A stretch of DNA of 64,000 nucleotides from Candidatus Poribacteria bacterium. GTDB lineage: Bacteria > Poribacteria > WGA-4E > WGA-3G. The stretch covers positions 2,400,001 through 2,464,000 of the forward strand of contig OZ242029.1 of NCBI GenBank assembly GCA_965205015.1, read 5' to 3'. The position numbers and the translations under genes were made by a program. Below, piece after piece: positions 11,624 to 21,779 of the stretch. Below the pieces are notes generated by a model. The model was given only the letters and a program-made list of their open reading frames with translations. It was not told the origin of the DNA and searched no databases. The stretch's first letter is position 1; each line of letters starts with the position of its first letter.

Positions 11624-12265
11624 CTATTCAATCCGTTCGAAGGTGCAGCGGATGTTCCCGCGGTGGAGCCATCCGTCGGGTGCTAATACCATGCCGAGAT
11701 CTAATGTCAAATCCAAACGCGTCTCTTTGATGGAAACCCGTATGATTTTTGTCCCTATCATCGTAGTATCAACTTCTCCATCACCGAGAAGCACCTGCTT
11801 AGGGGTTCCCTTCGCGAAATCGAATATCAGATCCGGTATCTGTGAACCGGAGATTGGATAGAACTGAAGCCACCCGCTTTGTGGTTTATCCTCTCCATGA
11901 ACACTCCGCGTCGTGTATGTCCCGTGGAACTTCGCAAGCATGTTTTCAACACGATAAGCGTAATTGTCGCCATTCTTCCGAAATTGCAGTCTAAGTCCTT
12001 TGAGTCTACGAGCGGTGCGTGCGGCTTTTGCCTTCAAGATGTCTTCGCTCCCACCCCGTTCCTCAACAATGAGTTCAAGAAATTGCCACTGACCGAGCAT
12101 GTCGTTCGATAGAAAGTCTCGACTGCGTTTAACTGCCACTTTTCCTCGGGCATCTTCATACGCCTCCCGACGGATGTCGCGCTCGTGTTGCATCTGCTGG
12201 TATTTCGCAGAGGTGCAACCCGTCAGGACCAGAGCTATGACGCTAAGTGGCATTAAGATTTCCAC
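11624..12265 (-). CDS. Lipoprotein, tandem paralog 5 of 5
   Basis: GTG start just after the upstream stop; lipobox LTGC; family motifs 'GQWQF' and 'GW...GNIRCTFERIE'. Confidence 0.75.
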   Translation of the reverse strand: MEILMPLSVIALVLTGCTSAKYQQMQHERDIRREAYEDARGKVAVKRSRDFLSNDMLGQWQFLELIVEERGGSEDILKAKAARTARRLKGLRLQFRKNGDNYAYRVENMLAKFHGTYTTRSVHGEDKPQSGWLQFYPISGSQIPDLIFDFAKGTPKQVLLGDGEVDTTMIGTKIIRVSIKETRLDLTLDLGMVLAPDGWLHRGNIRCTFERIE

Positions 12266-12267
12266 AC

Positions 12268-13170
12268 TTATTCGATCCGTTTGAAAGTGCATCGCAGTCC
12301 TCCGGTTCGCATCCAACCTTCCGGTGTTAACTCCATATCTCCATAGAGAACTAAATAAAGTGTATCCTCTGTCACCGTGATTCCTGCGATTGAGGCGATT
12401 GTATAGGCGGTTTTCGCGGAGGCTCTCCGTCCGATTTGTGCTCCCATCCTGCGTCTTCTCTCGGCATCCGCCTGTTTCTTCTTGGCAACCATCTGCTTGA
12501 TGGGTTCGGAACCGAATAGGAACTCAAGCATCTCCGGTCCCGTCCGTTGATTAAAACTGATGAAAGGGAGCGGATCGTCGCCATATCGCTTGGTGGTGAT
12601 GGAGCACCGTCCGGTGACATTCGTGCCGCGATTGCTACCGCTGTAATGATACGAGCCGCGGTCCTCGAAAAATTCGAGCGTCAGGTTTTTGCGTGTAGAT
12701 GCGATAAGCGCGGCTTTTGCGCCAAGCATTTGTTGATTGGATTCTTCATCCTCCACCTCAATGGGTGGTAGACGGGTCGCATTTGCTTCTGGGGTCTGTG
12801 TCTCTGCCTCTATGTTCGGTAGGTTTTGTGCCTCTGCTCGTTCAGAGGCATTGGGGGCTGCTTGTTGGCTTGTAACACCTTTAGAAGCCACCGCTGTGGA
12901 AAGGGTCGGCGAGTTGATTGGCTGTAAGGACATGGAATCTGCCCGCCGCGCCGTGACACTCCCTTTTTCGACTTCTAAGTCGACATACTGCCATTTGCCG
13001 ACGAGAAGGTCTTTTACGGCGTCCTTCACCCTTTCCGGGTTGTGTTTTTCGCGTGCGGCATCATAAGCCTCAATCAAACGTTCTCGTTCATACTGCGTTT
13101 CCGGGGATATCAGCGTTCCGCAACTTGTGAACGCTATCACCAGAATCCCCAAGGCTATTAACATTTTCAT
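12268..13170 (-). CDS. Lipoprotein, tandem paralog 4 of 5
   Basis: Lipobox FTSC; 'GKWQY','NLTLEFF','LYLVLYGDMELTPEGW..TGGLRCTFKRIE'. Confidence 0.8.
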   Translation of the reverse strand: MKMLIALGILVIAFTSCGTLISPETQYERERLIEAYDAAREKHNPERVKDAVKDLLVGKWQYVDLEVEKGSVTARRADSMSLQPINSPTLSTAVASKGVTSQQAAPNASERAEAQNLPNIEAETQTPEANATRLPPIEVEDEESNQQMLGAKAALIASTRKNLTLEFFEDRGSYHYSGSNRGTNVTGRCSITTKRYGDDPLPFISFNQRTGPEMLEFLFGSEPIKQMVAKKKQADAERRRRMGAQIGRRASAKTAYTIASIAGITVTEDTLYLVLYGDMELTPEGWMRTGGLRCTFKRIE

Positions 13171-13233
13171 CGACTTTCCTCCTTGCTTTGAACACATAGT
13201 GTTCTATCGGCTTTCAAGTTGAGGGTAATCCCA

Positions 13234-14166
13234 TTATTCAATCCGCTTAAAGGCACCTCGCATACCGCCGGTTCGTATCCAACCTTTGGGGGTTAGTTCC
13301 ATATCTCCATGTAGAATTATATAGAGTCGGTCGTCCGTCACTTCGATTCCCAGTGCTGAAGTTGGGACATAGGAGACCCCTTTTGGAGCGGCTTTTTCAC
13401 CACCTTTTCCGCTCAGTCTACGGACATTTTCGTGCTTGTCCCACCATAGGGGTTGATTGGTATTTACATAATTTTTCCCTGCCAGTCTCTGCGTATTTTC
13501 GGCAAACGCTTGCTTGCCTCTGGTGACCATAAGTCTTGTAGGTTCGGAAGTAAACAGGAACTCAAGCATCTTCGGACCTGTGCGGCGTCTAAACCGGATC
13601 AGCGGCAAAGGGGCATCCCCAACGCGTGGAGCGATCACCTTACATTGCCCTGTGACCTTCCTGCCGCGGTTGCTACCACGGTAATAAAGGGATGTCCGTT
13701 CCTCATAAAATTCGAGCGTTAAATTTTTACGGTTTGCCGAGGCTAATGCCATCTTCGCCGCAATTATCTTTTGATTATCTTCGCGTTCCTCGACCGTGAT
13801 CGGAGATAATTGCACCCGATCCGTTTCAGAGGTCTGGTCCTCTGTGTCAGACGCATCGGATTCAAGTGCTGTTGGCGTTTGCGCCTTGGCATCGGAAGGC
13901 GCTGCTGTTCCATCGCTCTCGAATGTTGGATTCGCCGTCTGTGCGTTGACGGTCTCGTTTTGGATTTCTATGCCGATAAACTGCCATTTGCCGGTTAGCT
14001 GCGCTTTTATCTCGCTTTTCATCTCCTCTGGATCGAATTTCATGTGCGCATCTTCGTAATCCTCAATTGATCTACTGCGCTCCTGTTGTGCTTCTTGGTA
14101 TAGCACGCTGGTACAACTTGTAAACACTACTAACACGAAGATAGTGAACGACATTAGCATTTTCAC
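13234..14166 (-). CDS. Lipoprotein, tandem paralog 3 of 5
   Basis: Lipobox FTSC; 'GKWQF','NLTLEFY','GDMELTPKGW..TGGMRGAFKRIE'. Confidence 0.8.
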   Translation of the reverse strand: MKMLMSFTIFVLVVFTSCTSVLYQEAQQERSRSIEDYEDAHMKFDPEEMKSEIKAQLTGKWQFIGIEIQNETVNAQTANPTFESDGTAAPSDAKAQTPTALESDASDTEDQTSETDRVQLSPITVEEREDNQKIIAAKMALASANRKNLTLEFYEERTSLYYRGSNRGRKVTGQCKVIAPRVGDAPLPLIRFRRRTGPKMLEFLFTSEPTRLMVTRGKQAFAENTQRLAGKNYVNTNQPLWWDKHENVRRLSGKGGEKAAPKGVSYVPTSALGIEVTDDRLYIILHGDMELTPKGWIRTGGMRGAFKRIE

Positions 14167-14189
14167 GATTTTTTCTCCTTAATAGGGTC

Positions 14190-14819
14190 TTATTTGATCC
14201 GTTTGAAAGTGCAACGAATCCCGCCGCTTCGAGCCCAACCGTCAGAAGTCAATACCATCTTTCCGTACACCGTCAGGTACAATTTGTCATCCGTCACCGA
14301 GATACCGAGCCAATTATCTGCAGCGGTCTTCATGGAAACGGTATCTGGGTTTTTCAATCTACTTGCGGACATATTCGTTAAAAAATCGTAGAGTGGCAAG
14401 CCTGTGTCCCGAAAGACCCGCAGATACGGAAGTGGTTCATCGCCGTAACGCTGGGAGGCGATTTTGAAACTTCCCGTCACCTCCGTGTCTCCATTTTTAC
14501 TGCGATATCGACGGAATACGTTTCGGTCCATAAAAAATTCAAGCGTGAGATTTTTACGAGTCCTTGCCTGGCGTTCATACTTTAACGCCGCTATCTCTTC
14601 ACTGAGGTCGCCTTCGGCAACCTCCATATCCAGAAATTGCCATTTGCCAATCAGTTTCTCGGTTAAGTCAGTTTCCAACCGCCGCGGGTCGTGTTTTCTG
14701 AGCGCCTCTTCATGGGCTGCCCGTCGTCGATCGCGTTCGTTCTGCATCTCTTGATACTGTGCACTGGTGCACCCTACAAAAATCAATATTCCGAAGGTGA
14801 AGACGCTTAATATTTTCAT
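14190..14819 (-). CDS. Lipoprotein, tandem paralog 2 of 5
   Basis: Lipobox FVGC; 'GKWQF','NLTLEFF','GW..SGGIRCTFKRIK'. Confidence 0.8.
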   Translation of the reverse strand: MKILSVFTFGILIFVGCTSAQYQEMQNERDRRRAAHEEALRKHDPRRLETDLTEKLIGKWQFLDMEVAEGDLSEEIAALKYERQARTRKNLTLEFFMDRNVFRRYRSKNGDTEVTGSFKIASQRYGDEPLPYLRVFRDTGLPLYDFLTNMSASRLKNPDTVSMKTAADNWLGISVTDDKLYLTVYGKMVLTSDGWARSGGIRCTFKRIK

Positions 14820-15445
14820 TTTCCAATCCTTTCAAAATAACACCGCACGCCACCGCTTTGCACCCAGCCCTTAGGACTTAATTGCATCTTGCCGTGCATT
14901 GTGAGATATAACCTATCTTCTGTAACCGAGAGACTGATCTCATTCGCTGTATCAAGTCCAGACGCACCCGACAAACCAAGCGTTCTTCCATCGGAACTTG
15001 CTGCGAAGAGGAGTTGTGACATCTCCGGACCGGAGCGTCTGATGAACCGAATAAACGGAAACGGTTCGTCGCCGTATCGCACAGTAATGACAGTGAATTG
15101 ACCCAACACCTCCGTGTGACCGTTTTCGCCACGGTAGTTGTATATCCCCTTTTCCTCGAAGAATTCAAGCGTGAGATTCTTCAAGTCAAGCGCATAAAGG
15201 GCGGCTTTGGTCTCCGCGATCTCCTCGCTGACACTGCTTTCCTCTATCTCGAGGTTCAGAAACTTCCACTTCCCGAGGAGTGTGTCGGTTACATCGGTTT
15301 TGAGTGTGAGTTCGTTGTGTTCTTCGCGAAGGTCTTCGTAATTCTTGAGCAGTTGATCGCGTTCCGCTTGCATCTTTTGGTACTCGGCACTCGTACAACC
15401 GGCGAACATCAGAGCGCAGATACCAAAAACGATCCAGATTTTCAT
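14816..15445 (-). CDS. Lipoprotein, tandem paralog 1 of 5
   Basis: Lipobox FAGC; 'GKWKF','NLTLEFF','GW..SGGVRCYFERI'; ATGA overlap with the next gene. Confidence 0.8.
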   Translation of the reverse strand: MKIWIVFGICALMFAGCTSAEYQKMQAERDQLLKNYEDLREEHNELTLKTDVTDTLLGKWKFLNLEIEESSVSEEIAETKAALYALDLKNLTLEFFEEKGIYNYRGENGHTEVLGQFTVITVRYGDEPFPFIRFIRRSGPEMSQLLFAASSDGRTLGLSGASGLDTANEISLSVTEDRLYLTMHGKMQLSPKGWVQSGGVRCYFERIGK

Positions 15446-15500
15446 CAGTGCTTCTCCTTATTATCGGCATACATAGGGGTGCCCTTCCCGTTACAGCTGT

Positions 15501-15529
15501 ATTATACCAGAGCAACTTGTAAATGACAA
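15501..15529 (-). promoter_or_regulatory. Sigma70-type promoter of the lipoprotein array
   Basis: TTGTCA-17nt-TATAAT on the minus strand upstream of 15445. Confidence 0.65.
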
Positions 15530-15557
15530 ACCTTCAGTTTGTATTCTTAGAAACCTA

Positions 15558-16538
15558 CTATTCCCATTTCAATTCGCTCCATGTCGTTGTTAACAATTGT
15601 GATTGGGGTGTAACAGGCAACGCCGCTGGGTCAAACCAATCGGCATTCCAATTTTCCTCATTATGCGTAATTTGTATTGTTCTGCGATTACCCAATGTAA
15701 GTGTGAAAAGTTGACTCTTGTTGTCAACATCTTTTTCATAAATGAGTTCGTCCCCACGCGGACTCCAAGCCGGTCGATCCGCACCCGAATTTTTAGGTAC
15801 AACCGCTTTCATATCGCTTCCGTCAGGATTCACAACGTAAATTGTCCCCTTCTCACCTGCCATCCATGGATTTTCAGCAAAGGCGATTTGATCGCCTGAT
15901 GGAGACCAAGCGGGCCTCGTCAAACGTAGTCGAGGCTTTGGAAGGATTTCCTTTCGTTTTTTCCCCTGCGGAGATATTAAAATTAGTGGATAGCCCGGTA
16001 GATCTTCTATTAGTACTGGACCCTTCGGTGCCTTTGGGCTAAAAGTAAAGGCAATCGTTTCACCATCGGGCGACCATGCAGGATACCCACCGAACTTACC
16101 TGTTTTTGCGACAGGGATTTCCTGTCGTTTATTAATGTTAGCAACATAAAGTGTCGCTTCATTATATCGGAGGTAAGCAAATCTTTCACCATCCGGGCTC
16201 CAGGCTGGTTCAGATCTATCGACCGTGCTTTTAAACACCTTCTCTACATTTCTACCATCGGCATTCATGAGATACAAATCACGAACACCGTCGCGATGTG
16301 AAACAAAGAGAATTTGCTCTCCAGTTGGAGACCAAACAGGTTCATAATCGCGTGTAGGATGGTCTGTTAATCTGATAACTCCACTCCCGTCTGGATTCAT
16401 TAGGTAGATTTCCAGATTCCCATCGCGGCTCGATGAAAATACAATTTTCGCTGTTTCAGGGGCTTTGGCATCAACGGACAAACCACCGTTGCAGAGCTGT
16501 AGCAGAATCAGTAAACACAAAACTAATGTGAGTTTCAC
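15558..16538 (-). CDS. Exported TolB-like PD40 beta-propeller protein with C-terminal TWG-type tag
   Basis: Paralog of 10126-11088; 'P.WSP.G' repeats; ends LPVTPQSQLLTTTWSELKWE. Confidence 0.85.
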   Translation of the reverse strand: MKLTLVLCLLILLQLCNGGLSVDAKAPETAKIVFSSSRDGNLEIYLMNPDGSGVIRLTDHPTRDYEPVWSPTGEQILFVSHRDGVRDLYLMNADGRNVEKVFKSTVDRSEPAWSPDGERFAYLRYNEATLYVANINKRQEIPVAKTGKFGGYPAWSPDGETIAFTFSPKAPKGPVLIEDLPGYPLILISPQGKKRKEILPKPRLRLTRPAWSPSGDQIAFAENPWMAGEKGTIYVVNPDGSDMKAVVPKNSGADRPAWSPRGDELIYEKDVDNKSQLFTLTLGNRRTIQITHNEENWNADWFDPAALPVTPQSQLLTTTWSELKWE

Positions 16539-16575
16539 AGAGGCCCTCCGTGGTTGATTGTATGTTTTACTATAA

Positions 16576-16604
16576 TGACGCGATTTTACTGCCGAAAGGT
16601 TGCA
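16576..16604 (-). promoter_or_regulatory. Putative ECF-sigma promoter
   Basis: TGCAAC-18nt-CGTCA on the minus strand; same architecture as six other sites in the window. Confidence 0.65.
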
Positions 16605-16678
16605 TTATCTCAAATAATCAGGGTTCCTACGATAAAAAAATCCGCTGCGAGGGCGTCCGATCATAACGCCCTTTGCTT

Positions 16679-19114
16679 TCAGAATTCAAGCGTCAATCCG
16701 AAATAAATGATCCGAGGGAGTTGTTGGGCATCAAAGACTTCACGTTCAATGCCAACCTCCTGACCTTGGACGTCAAGCGTTGCCTCTTCAAAAATGAACT
16801 GTATCGTATTCTTGCGATTGTATACATTCAGAACATCAAGGAATCCACCGACACGTAATCCCCAGAGTCTCCATTTATAACTCACCCGCAAGTCCAACTT
16901 ATGATACGGTGCGAGTTCTGTGCTTAATTGTTCATCGGCACTCGCCAAAAGCGGGTTCAGTCCACGCGTTACGGGGTCTTGGATGAGAACGATGGAGCTG
17001 ATAGGTACTTCCGAGGTGCCGCTGAGATACTGCCATTTCGCGCCGATCTCAAAATTCGGTGTAAAGTTATAGTTGGCGACTACACTGACGATGTGGGTAT
17101 TATCAAAGAGGTAAGGTTGATAGGCGGTGTCTGGAGTCTCGCGTCGTTCAGCGTGTGTATACGCATACGAAATCCAACCGAAGAACTTATCTGGGATCCG
17201 ATGCCGTAAGAAGACCTCTGCACCGCCGACGTACGCCGTCCCTTGATTGAGGTAGTTCGAGACTTCATCGGGTGTTACCAGCTTCCGTGCGTCCTTGTAA
17301 TAGGTGGCAAGTTTGAGTTCGGTCCGCGATGAGAGCTCGTGTTCTAATTCCATGATATAGTGCCGCGTGAGACTCGATTCCAACGTCCGGTTGCCGTTTT
17401 CTGCTAACAGGTGAGAGGGTTGTGGACTCTGTTCATAATGTCCATACGCGAAGCGGAGATTAGAACCGTTTGTCAGTGTGAAACTCACACTGCCTCGCGG
17501 TTGAACGGAGACCTGTTCTGTCACATTCAGGTAATCCAATCGAACACCGAGAGCGACAGATAAAAACGAAAGCGGGTCATATCGTCCCTGCACATACCCT
17601 TCAGTCCGATAAAAATCGTGTCCGAATTCATCGTGTACCTCCTCGAAAGGGGACTCCTGAACGACTTCACCGTCAGGTGTCTCCGTTGTATAACTTAGAT
17701 CAGAATCTGACTCGAAATTTTCCTCAACCCAGCCGTTTTCAGAACTTTTCGCCGGATTGAAGGCGTAGAGAAAACCTGACTCCAATTGAAGTTTAGGGTT
17801 TAACCTGTAGGTGACATCCTCGCGCAGAGTATAAACGGGGGCATTAATCTTTATCTCATAGTGGGCGAAGTTCGCCTCATAACTTGAAGGGTCCACCCTG
17901 CCCTCAATGACGGTGTAACTCTCCCCGGTCACAGCTTGGAGGTCGATATTCAGAAAATTATAGGAACGGGTCAAAGAGAGATGAGAAGTAAGATTTTCGG
18001 TGAAATTTGAGCGGAGATGCAGCCCCTGTCCATTGAACCCGTTTTTGAAAAGGACACTGGAACGTGCAGCATCTTCATAGGGAATTTCGGCTTCCATATA
18101 GGGAATTTCCTCTACATTTTGTAATTCTTCGTCCTCTTCTACCAAGGTCGCGTTTTCCTCAATCCTAAAATGGTCAGTTGCAGCGAAGGCGTTCACTGTG
18201 AGATGATGTTTTTCGCCAAGCGTCTGGGCAAATTTGAGTTGATAATCTGAGAAATAGGGCAATTGCTGTGCCGTTCCCGTCTGACTCTCAATGATCGGAC
18301 CAGCGATGAGGTCTAAGTAACTGCGCCGTCCAGAGGCGGAGATATATCCCTTGTCACCGATTCTGGCTTCAAGTAGCCCTTCAGAATAGAGGATGTTTAG
18401 GTTAAATTTCCCATCTAACCGCTCTTCAATGCTGTCCCGTGCATGGATGTCAAGCACAGCTTGTGAGTCCAGTCCGAATTCGGCACCGTAACCCCCGGCG
18501 TAGATGTCAATTGTCTCAATCGTTTCAGAACTGATCGTCGAAAGTAAACCGCCCCAGTGGAAAGGGTAACCGAGAGGCGTTCGGTCAAGATAATACAAAT
18601 TTGAGCCGGGTTCACTTCCCCGAATGTAGAGGACCCCGAAGTAATCGTTTGGGATACCGATACTCGGAAGCGTCGTTAAACCTTTGAGTGCGTCATTGGC
18701 GGTCCCTGGAATCCGTAGGAGTTCACTCCCACGGATTTCTGTGCGACTCACCGTCGGTGGAAGGCGTTTCCCTTCTACGACAACTGCTTCGAGTTTAAAG
18801 GCAACGCCGAGGTGTATTTTGACTTCAGTGGTATCGCCGCTACTGATGTTCACCGACATTTTTGTAGGTGCCATTTCCGCGGGGTGTGTTACGACAAAGG
18901 TATATGTGCCTTCAGGCAGTTCTGTGAATTGGAAGACTCCGTTTTCATCGGTTTTTTGGTGTTGGTCGGTTTCGAGGATATGAACATCAGCGTCTACGAG
19001 GGTTTTGCCTGTACTTCGCTGATAGACGGTTCCTTGAATATCGCCGGTTTGGGCTAGGACAGAGAGTGGCATGGTGATAAACGCAAATAGAACTATGACG
19101 AGTTGTGGTTTCAT
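16679..19114 (-). CDS. TonB-dependent receptor with N-terminal carboxypeptidase-regulatory-like domain
   Basis: Signal peptide, 'VVVEG' TonB-box-like segment, plug 'LYIRGS..G...Y.D','GGYGAEFG', C-terminal 'LNVYNRKN...GLTLEF'. Confidence 0.9.
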   Translation of the reverse strand: MKPQLVIVLFAFITMPLSVLAQTGDIQGTVYQRSTGKTLVDADVHILETDQHQKTDENGVFQFTELPEGTYTFVVTHPAEMAPTKMSVNISSGDTTEVKIHLGVAFKLEAVVVEGKRLPPTVSRTEIRGSELLRIPGTANDALKGLTTLPSIGIPNDYFGVLYIRGSEPGSNLYYLDRTPLGYPFHWGGLLSTISSETIETIDIYAGGYGAEFGLDSQAVLDIHARDSIEERLDGKFNLNILYSEGLLEARIGDKGYISASGRRSYLDLIAGPIIESQTGTAQQLPYFSDYQLKFAQTLGEKHHLTVNAFAATDHFRIEENATLVEEDEELQNVEEIPYMEAEIPYEDAARSSVLFKNGFNGQGLHLRSNFTENLTSHLSLTRSYNFLNIDLQAVTGESYTVIEGRVDPSSYEANFAHYEIKINAPVYTLREDVTYRLNPKLQLESGFLYAFNPAKSSENGWVEENFESDSDLSYTTETPDGEVVQESPFEEVHDEFGHDFYRTEGYVQGRYDPLSFLSVALGVRLDYLNVTEQVSVQPRGSVSFTLTNGSNLRFAYGHYEQSPQPSHLLAENGNRTLESSLTRHYIMELEHELSSRTELKLATYYKDARKLVTPDEVSNYLNQGTAYVGGAEVFLRHRIPDKFFGWISYAYTHAERRETPDTAYQPYLFDNTHIVSVVANYNFTPNFEIGAKWQYLSGTSEVPISSIVLIQDPVTRGLNPLLASADEQLSTELAPYHKLDLRVSYKWRLWGLRVGGFLDVLNVYNRKNTIQFIFEEATLDVQGQEVGIEREVFDAQQLPRIIYFGLTLEF

Positions 19115-19213
19115 TCAGTGGCTGTGACCTCCGCTTCGGGTATTGACATAACAATTCAACGCTCAATTGCGTTTTTGGGTTTACTCAAGAGTTATTTTTC
19201 CACGGTATGCAGA

Positions 19214-19249
19214 AAAGCCGAGCGTGTAACATACATACGCTCGGCTTTG
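19214..19249 (-). terminator. Intrinsic terminator between the two TonB-receptor genes
   Basis: aaagccgagcgt...acgctcggcttt hairpin followed by TTTTC on the minus strand. Confidence 0.6.
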
Positions 19250-19297
19250 TCAATGTCGAAAATGGATAAGTGGATTTGATATGTGAGTGGAGTATTC

Positions 19298-21673
19298 TCA
19301 AAATTCAACTGTTAAACCGATGTAGGGGATAATCGGAAATTGCGGTGCTTCCTCTACCCCGTCGCCCACAGGACTATAAAACTTGATGACATTTTTGCGG
19401 TTATATACGTTCAAAATTTCAAGGAATGTGCCTATCCGCCATCCGTCTCGATTCCATGTTTTACTGACGCGTAGGTCTAACCGGTGATAGGTCGGCAACG
19501 ATGCCAGCGACCTGGTCCCTTCTTCCGTTTGAATATTACTGACAAGCGGTTGCATGCCGCGTGTCGTCGGGTCTTGAATGAGAAGGATTTTGCTGACATG
19601 TGCTCCCGATGTTCCGTTTGAATACTGCCACTTGGCACCAACCTCTAAAGTTGGACTGATGTTATAGTTGCCGACGAGGCTGATAATGTGTGTGTTATCG
19701 AAGATATAGGGTTCGTAAGGGACATCAGGATGCGTGCGCTGCTCCCTATGCGTCCATGCATAAGACAGCCAACCGAAAAACTTTTCGTTGACGCGATGCC
19801 GCAGGAACGCCTCGGCACCACCGATGAACCCTGTCCCTTGGTTAAGGTAATTGACTGTAGCCAGTAAATCGGTATGAAGAAGATCGGCATTATCCGCCGT
19901 TACCAAATCCTGCAGACTTTTGTAATAGGTTGCGAGTTTAAGTTCTGTCTGTGATGAGATTTCGTGTTCGAACTCCATAATATAATGGCTCGCAACGCTG
20001 GATTTTAAGTCTCTATTTCCATTCTTCCCGAGTACCTGATACGCCAACGGACTCTGTTCATAAGTCCCGTAAGCGAACCGGAGCGTGGAATTGTTAGGAA
20101 GTTTTACGCTCAGGCTGCCGCGCGGTTGAACAGAGAGTTCCTCCGTTAAATTGAGATAATCGAGTCTCACGCCGAGCGCAATTGACAGAAAAGAGAGGGG
20201 ATCATAACGTCCCTGTAGATAGCCTTCCGCGCGTTGAAAATTGTACGTGAATTCATCGTGGACCTTTTCAAAACGGCGTATTTCATAAGTGCCATCGTCG
20301 TAAGCGTAGAACTCTTCATCTTCTTCCAATTCAAAACGAACCTCTGGATCTGTCACTTCCTCATCAACGGGAAACTCCCGGTCTTCAAAGCTGCTTGCTG
20401 GGCTGAATGTGAAGAGCAAACCCGGTTCAAGTTGGAATTTCGGTGTGAGTTCGTAGGTTATATCTTCGCGGAGCGTATAGACAGGCACGTTAGCCTTTAG
20501 GTTGTGGTGCGCATATTCCGCGAAAATGAAGACGCGTTCGCCCTTCTCGTTAATATCAAAATTTTGACTAACAGCTGCCTGAAAATCCATATTGAGAAAG
20601 GTGAAGGCACGGGTCAAGGAGAGATGAGATGTCAGATTTTCAGTGAACTCGGAGCGGAGATGGATACCTTGTGCTTCAAAACCGTTTTTGAAATAAGCAT
20701 CAAGGTCGAGCACCCCATCTGTTTCTAATACAATGTTAAAATGGTCGTTTGCCCCGAATGCATTGAGCGTGAGGTGATGTTTTTCGGCGAGTTCGTAGAC
20801 GAATTTGAGCTGATAATCGGAGAAGTAGGGTGACACCCAATCGTCTACAAACATTCCAGCGATAAGATCAAGGTAACTCCGCCGACCAGCGGCATGGAAG
20901 TAGCCTTTATTGCCAATGCGACCCTCAAGCATTCCTTCGGAGTAGAGGACGTTAAGATTAAACTTACCGCTCAACCTCCCTTCGTCCATCCGGTCGCGGG
21001 AACGGAGGTCAAGGACAGTTTGGGACTCTAACCCGAATTCAGCACCGTAGCCCCCAGCGTATATATGGATATCGTCAATAATATTGGAACTCATCGTTGA
21101 GACAAGCCCACCGTAGTGAAACGGGTACCCCAGGGGTGTTCTGTCAAAATAGTAGAGCGTGTCTCCGGGACTACTGCCGCGAATGTAGAGGATACCGAAG
21201 AAATCGTTTGGAATGCCGATGCTTGGAAGGGTGGTCAATCCTTTGAGTGCGTCGTTGGCAGTGCCGGGGATACGAAGGAGTTCACTCCCGCGCATCTCCT
21301 TACGACTCACCGTCGGAGGGAGACGTTTCCCCTCTACGACAACCGTTTTGAGTGTAACGGCTGCACCGAGGTGTATTTTGACTTCGGTGGTATCGCCGCT
21401 GCTGATGTTCACCGATACTTTTGTAGGTGCCATTTCCGCGGGGTGTGTTACGACAAAGGTATATGTGCCTTCAGGCAGTTCTGTGAATTGGAAGACTCCG
21501 TTTTCATCGGTTTTTTGGTGTTGGTCGGTTTCGAGGATATGAACATTAGCATCTATGAGAACTTTCCCTGTGCTTCGCTGGTAGACGGTGCCTTGAACAT
21601 CGCCGGTTTGGGCTAAGGCAGAGAGTGACATGATGGTGAACACAAGCGTAACTATAACGAATCTCAACTTCAT
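19298..21673 (-). CDS. TonB-dependent receptor (paralog of 16679-19114)
   Basis: Same architecture; ends 'GLTVEF'. Confidence 0.9.
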   Translation of the reverse strand: MKLRFVIVTLVFTIMSLSALAQTGDVQGTVYQRSTGKVLIDANVHILETDQHQKTDENGVFQFTELPEGTYTFVVTHPAEMAPTKVSVNISSGDTTEVKIHLGAAVTLKTVVVEGKRLPPTVSRKEMRGSELLRIPGTANDALKGLTTLPSIGIPNDFFGILYIRGSSPGDTLYYFDRTPLGYPFHYGGLVSTMSSNIIDDIHIYAGGYGAEFGLESQTVLDLRSRDRMDEGRLSGKFNLNVLYSEGMLEGRIGNKGYFHAAGRRSYLDLIAGMFVDDWVSPYFSDYQLKFVYELAEKHHLTLNAFGANDHFNIVLETDGVLDLDAYFKNGFEAQGIHLRSEFTENLTSHLSLTRAFTFLNMDFQAAVSQNFDINEKGERVFIFAEYAHHNLKANVPVYTLREDITYELTPKFQLEPGLLFTFSPASSFEDREFPVDEEVTDPEVRFELEEDEEFYAYDDGTYEIRRFEKVHDEFTYNFQRAEGYLQGRYDPLSFLSIALGVRLDYLNLTEELSVQPRGSLSVKLPNNSTLRFAYGTYEQSPLAYQVLGKNGNRDLKSSVASHYIMEFEHEISSQTELKLATYYKSLQDLVTADNADLLHTDLLATVNYLNQGTGFIGGAEAFLRHRVNEKFFGWLSYAWTHREQRTHPDVPYEPYIFDNTHIISLVGNYNISPTLEVGAKWQYSNGTSGAHVSKILLIQDPTTRGMQPLVSNIQTEEGTRSLASLPTYHRLDLRVSKTWNRDGWRIGTFLEILNVYNRKNVIKFYSPVGDGVEEAPQFPIIPYIGLTVEF

Positions 21674-21779
21674 TTACTCGTTTTGACCTCCGCTGCGTGC
21701 ACTAACACCGCGTGAATTCGGTATAAACACGGCATAATGCTGTGGGATACTTTGAATTGGCTAAGAAACCACTCCGGAT

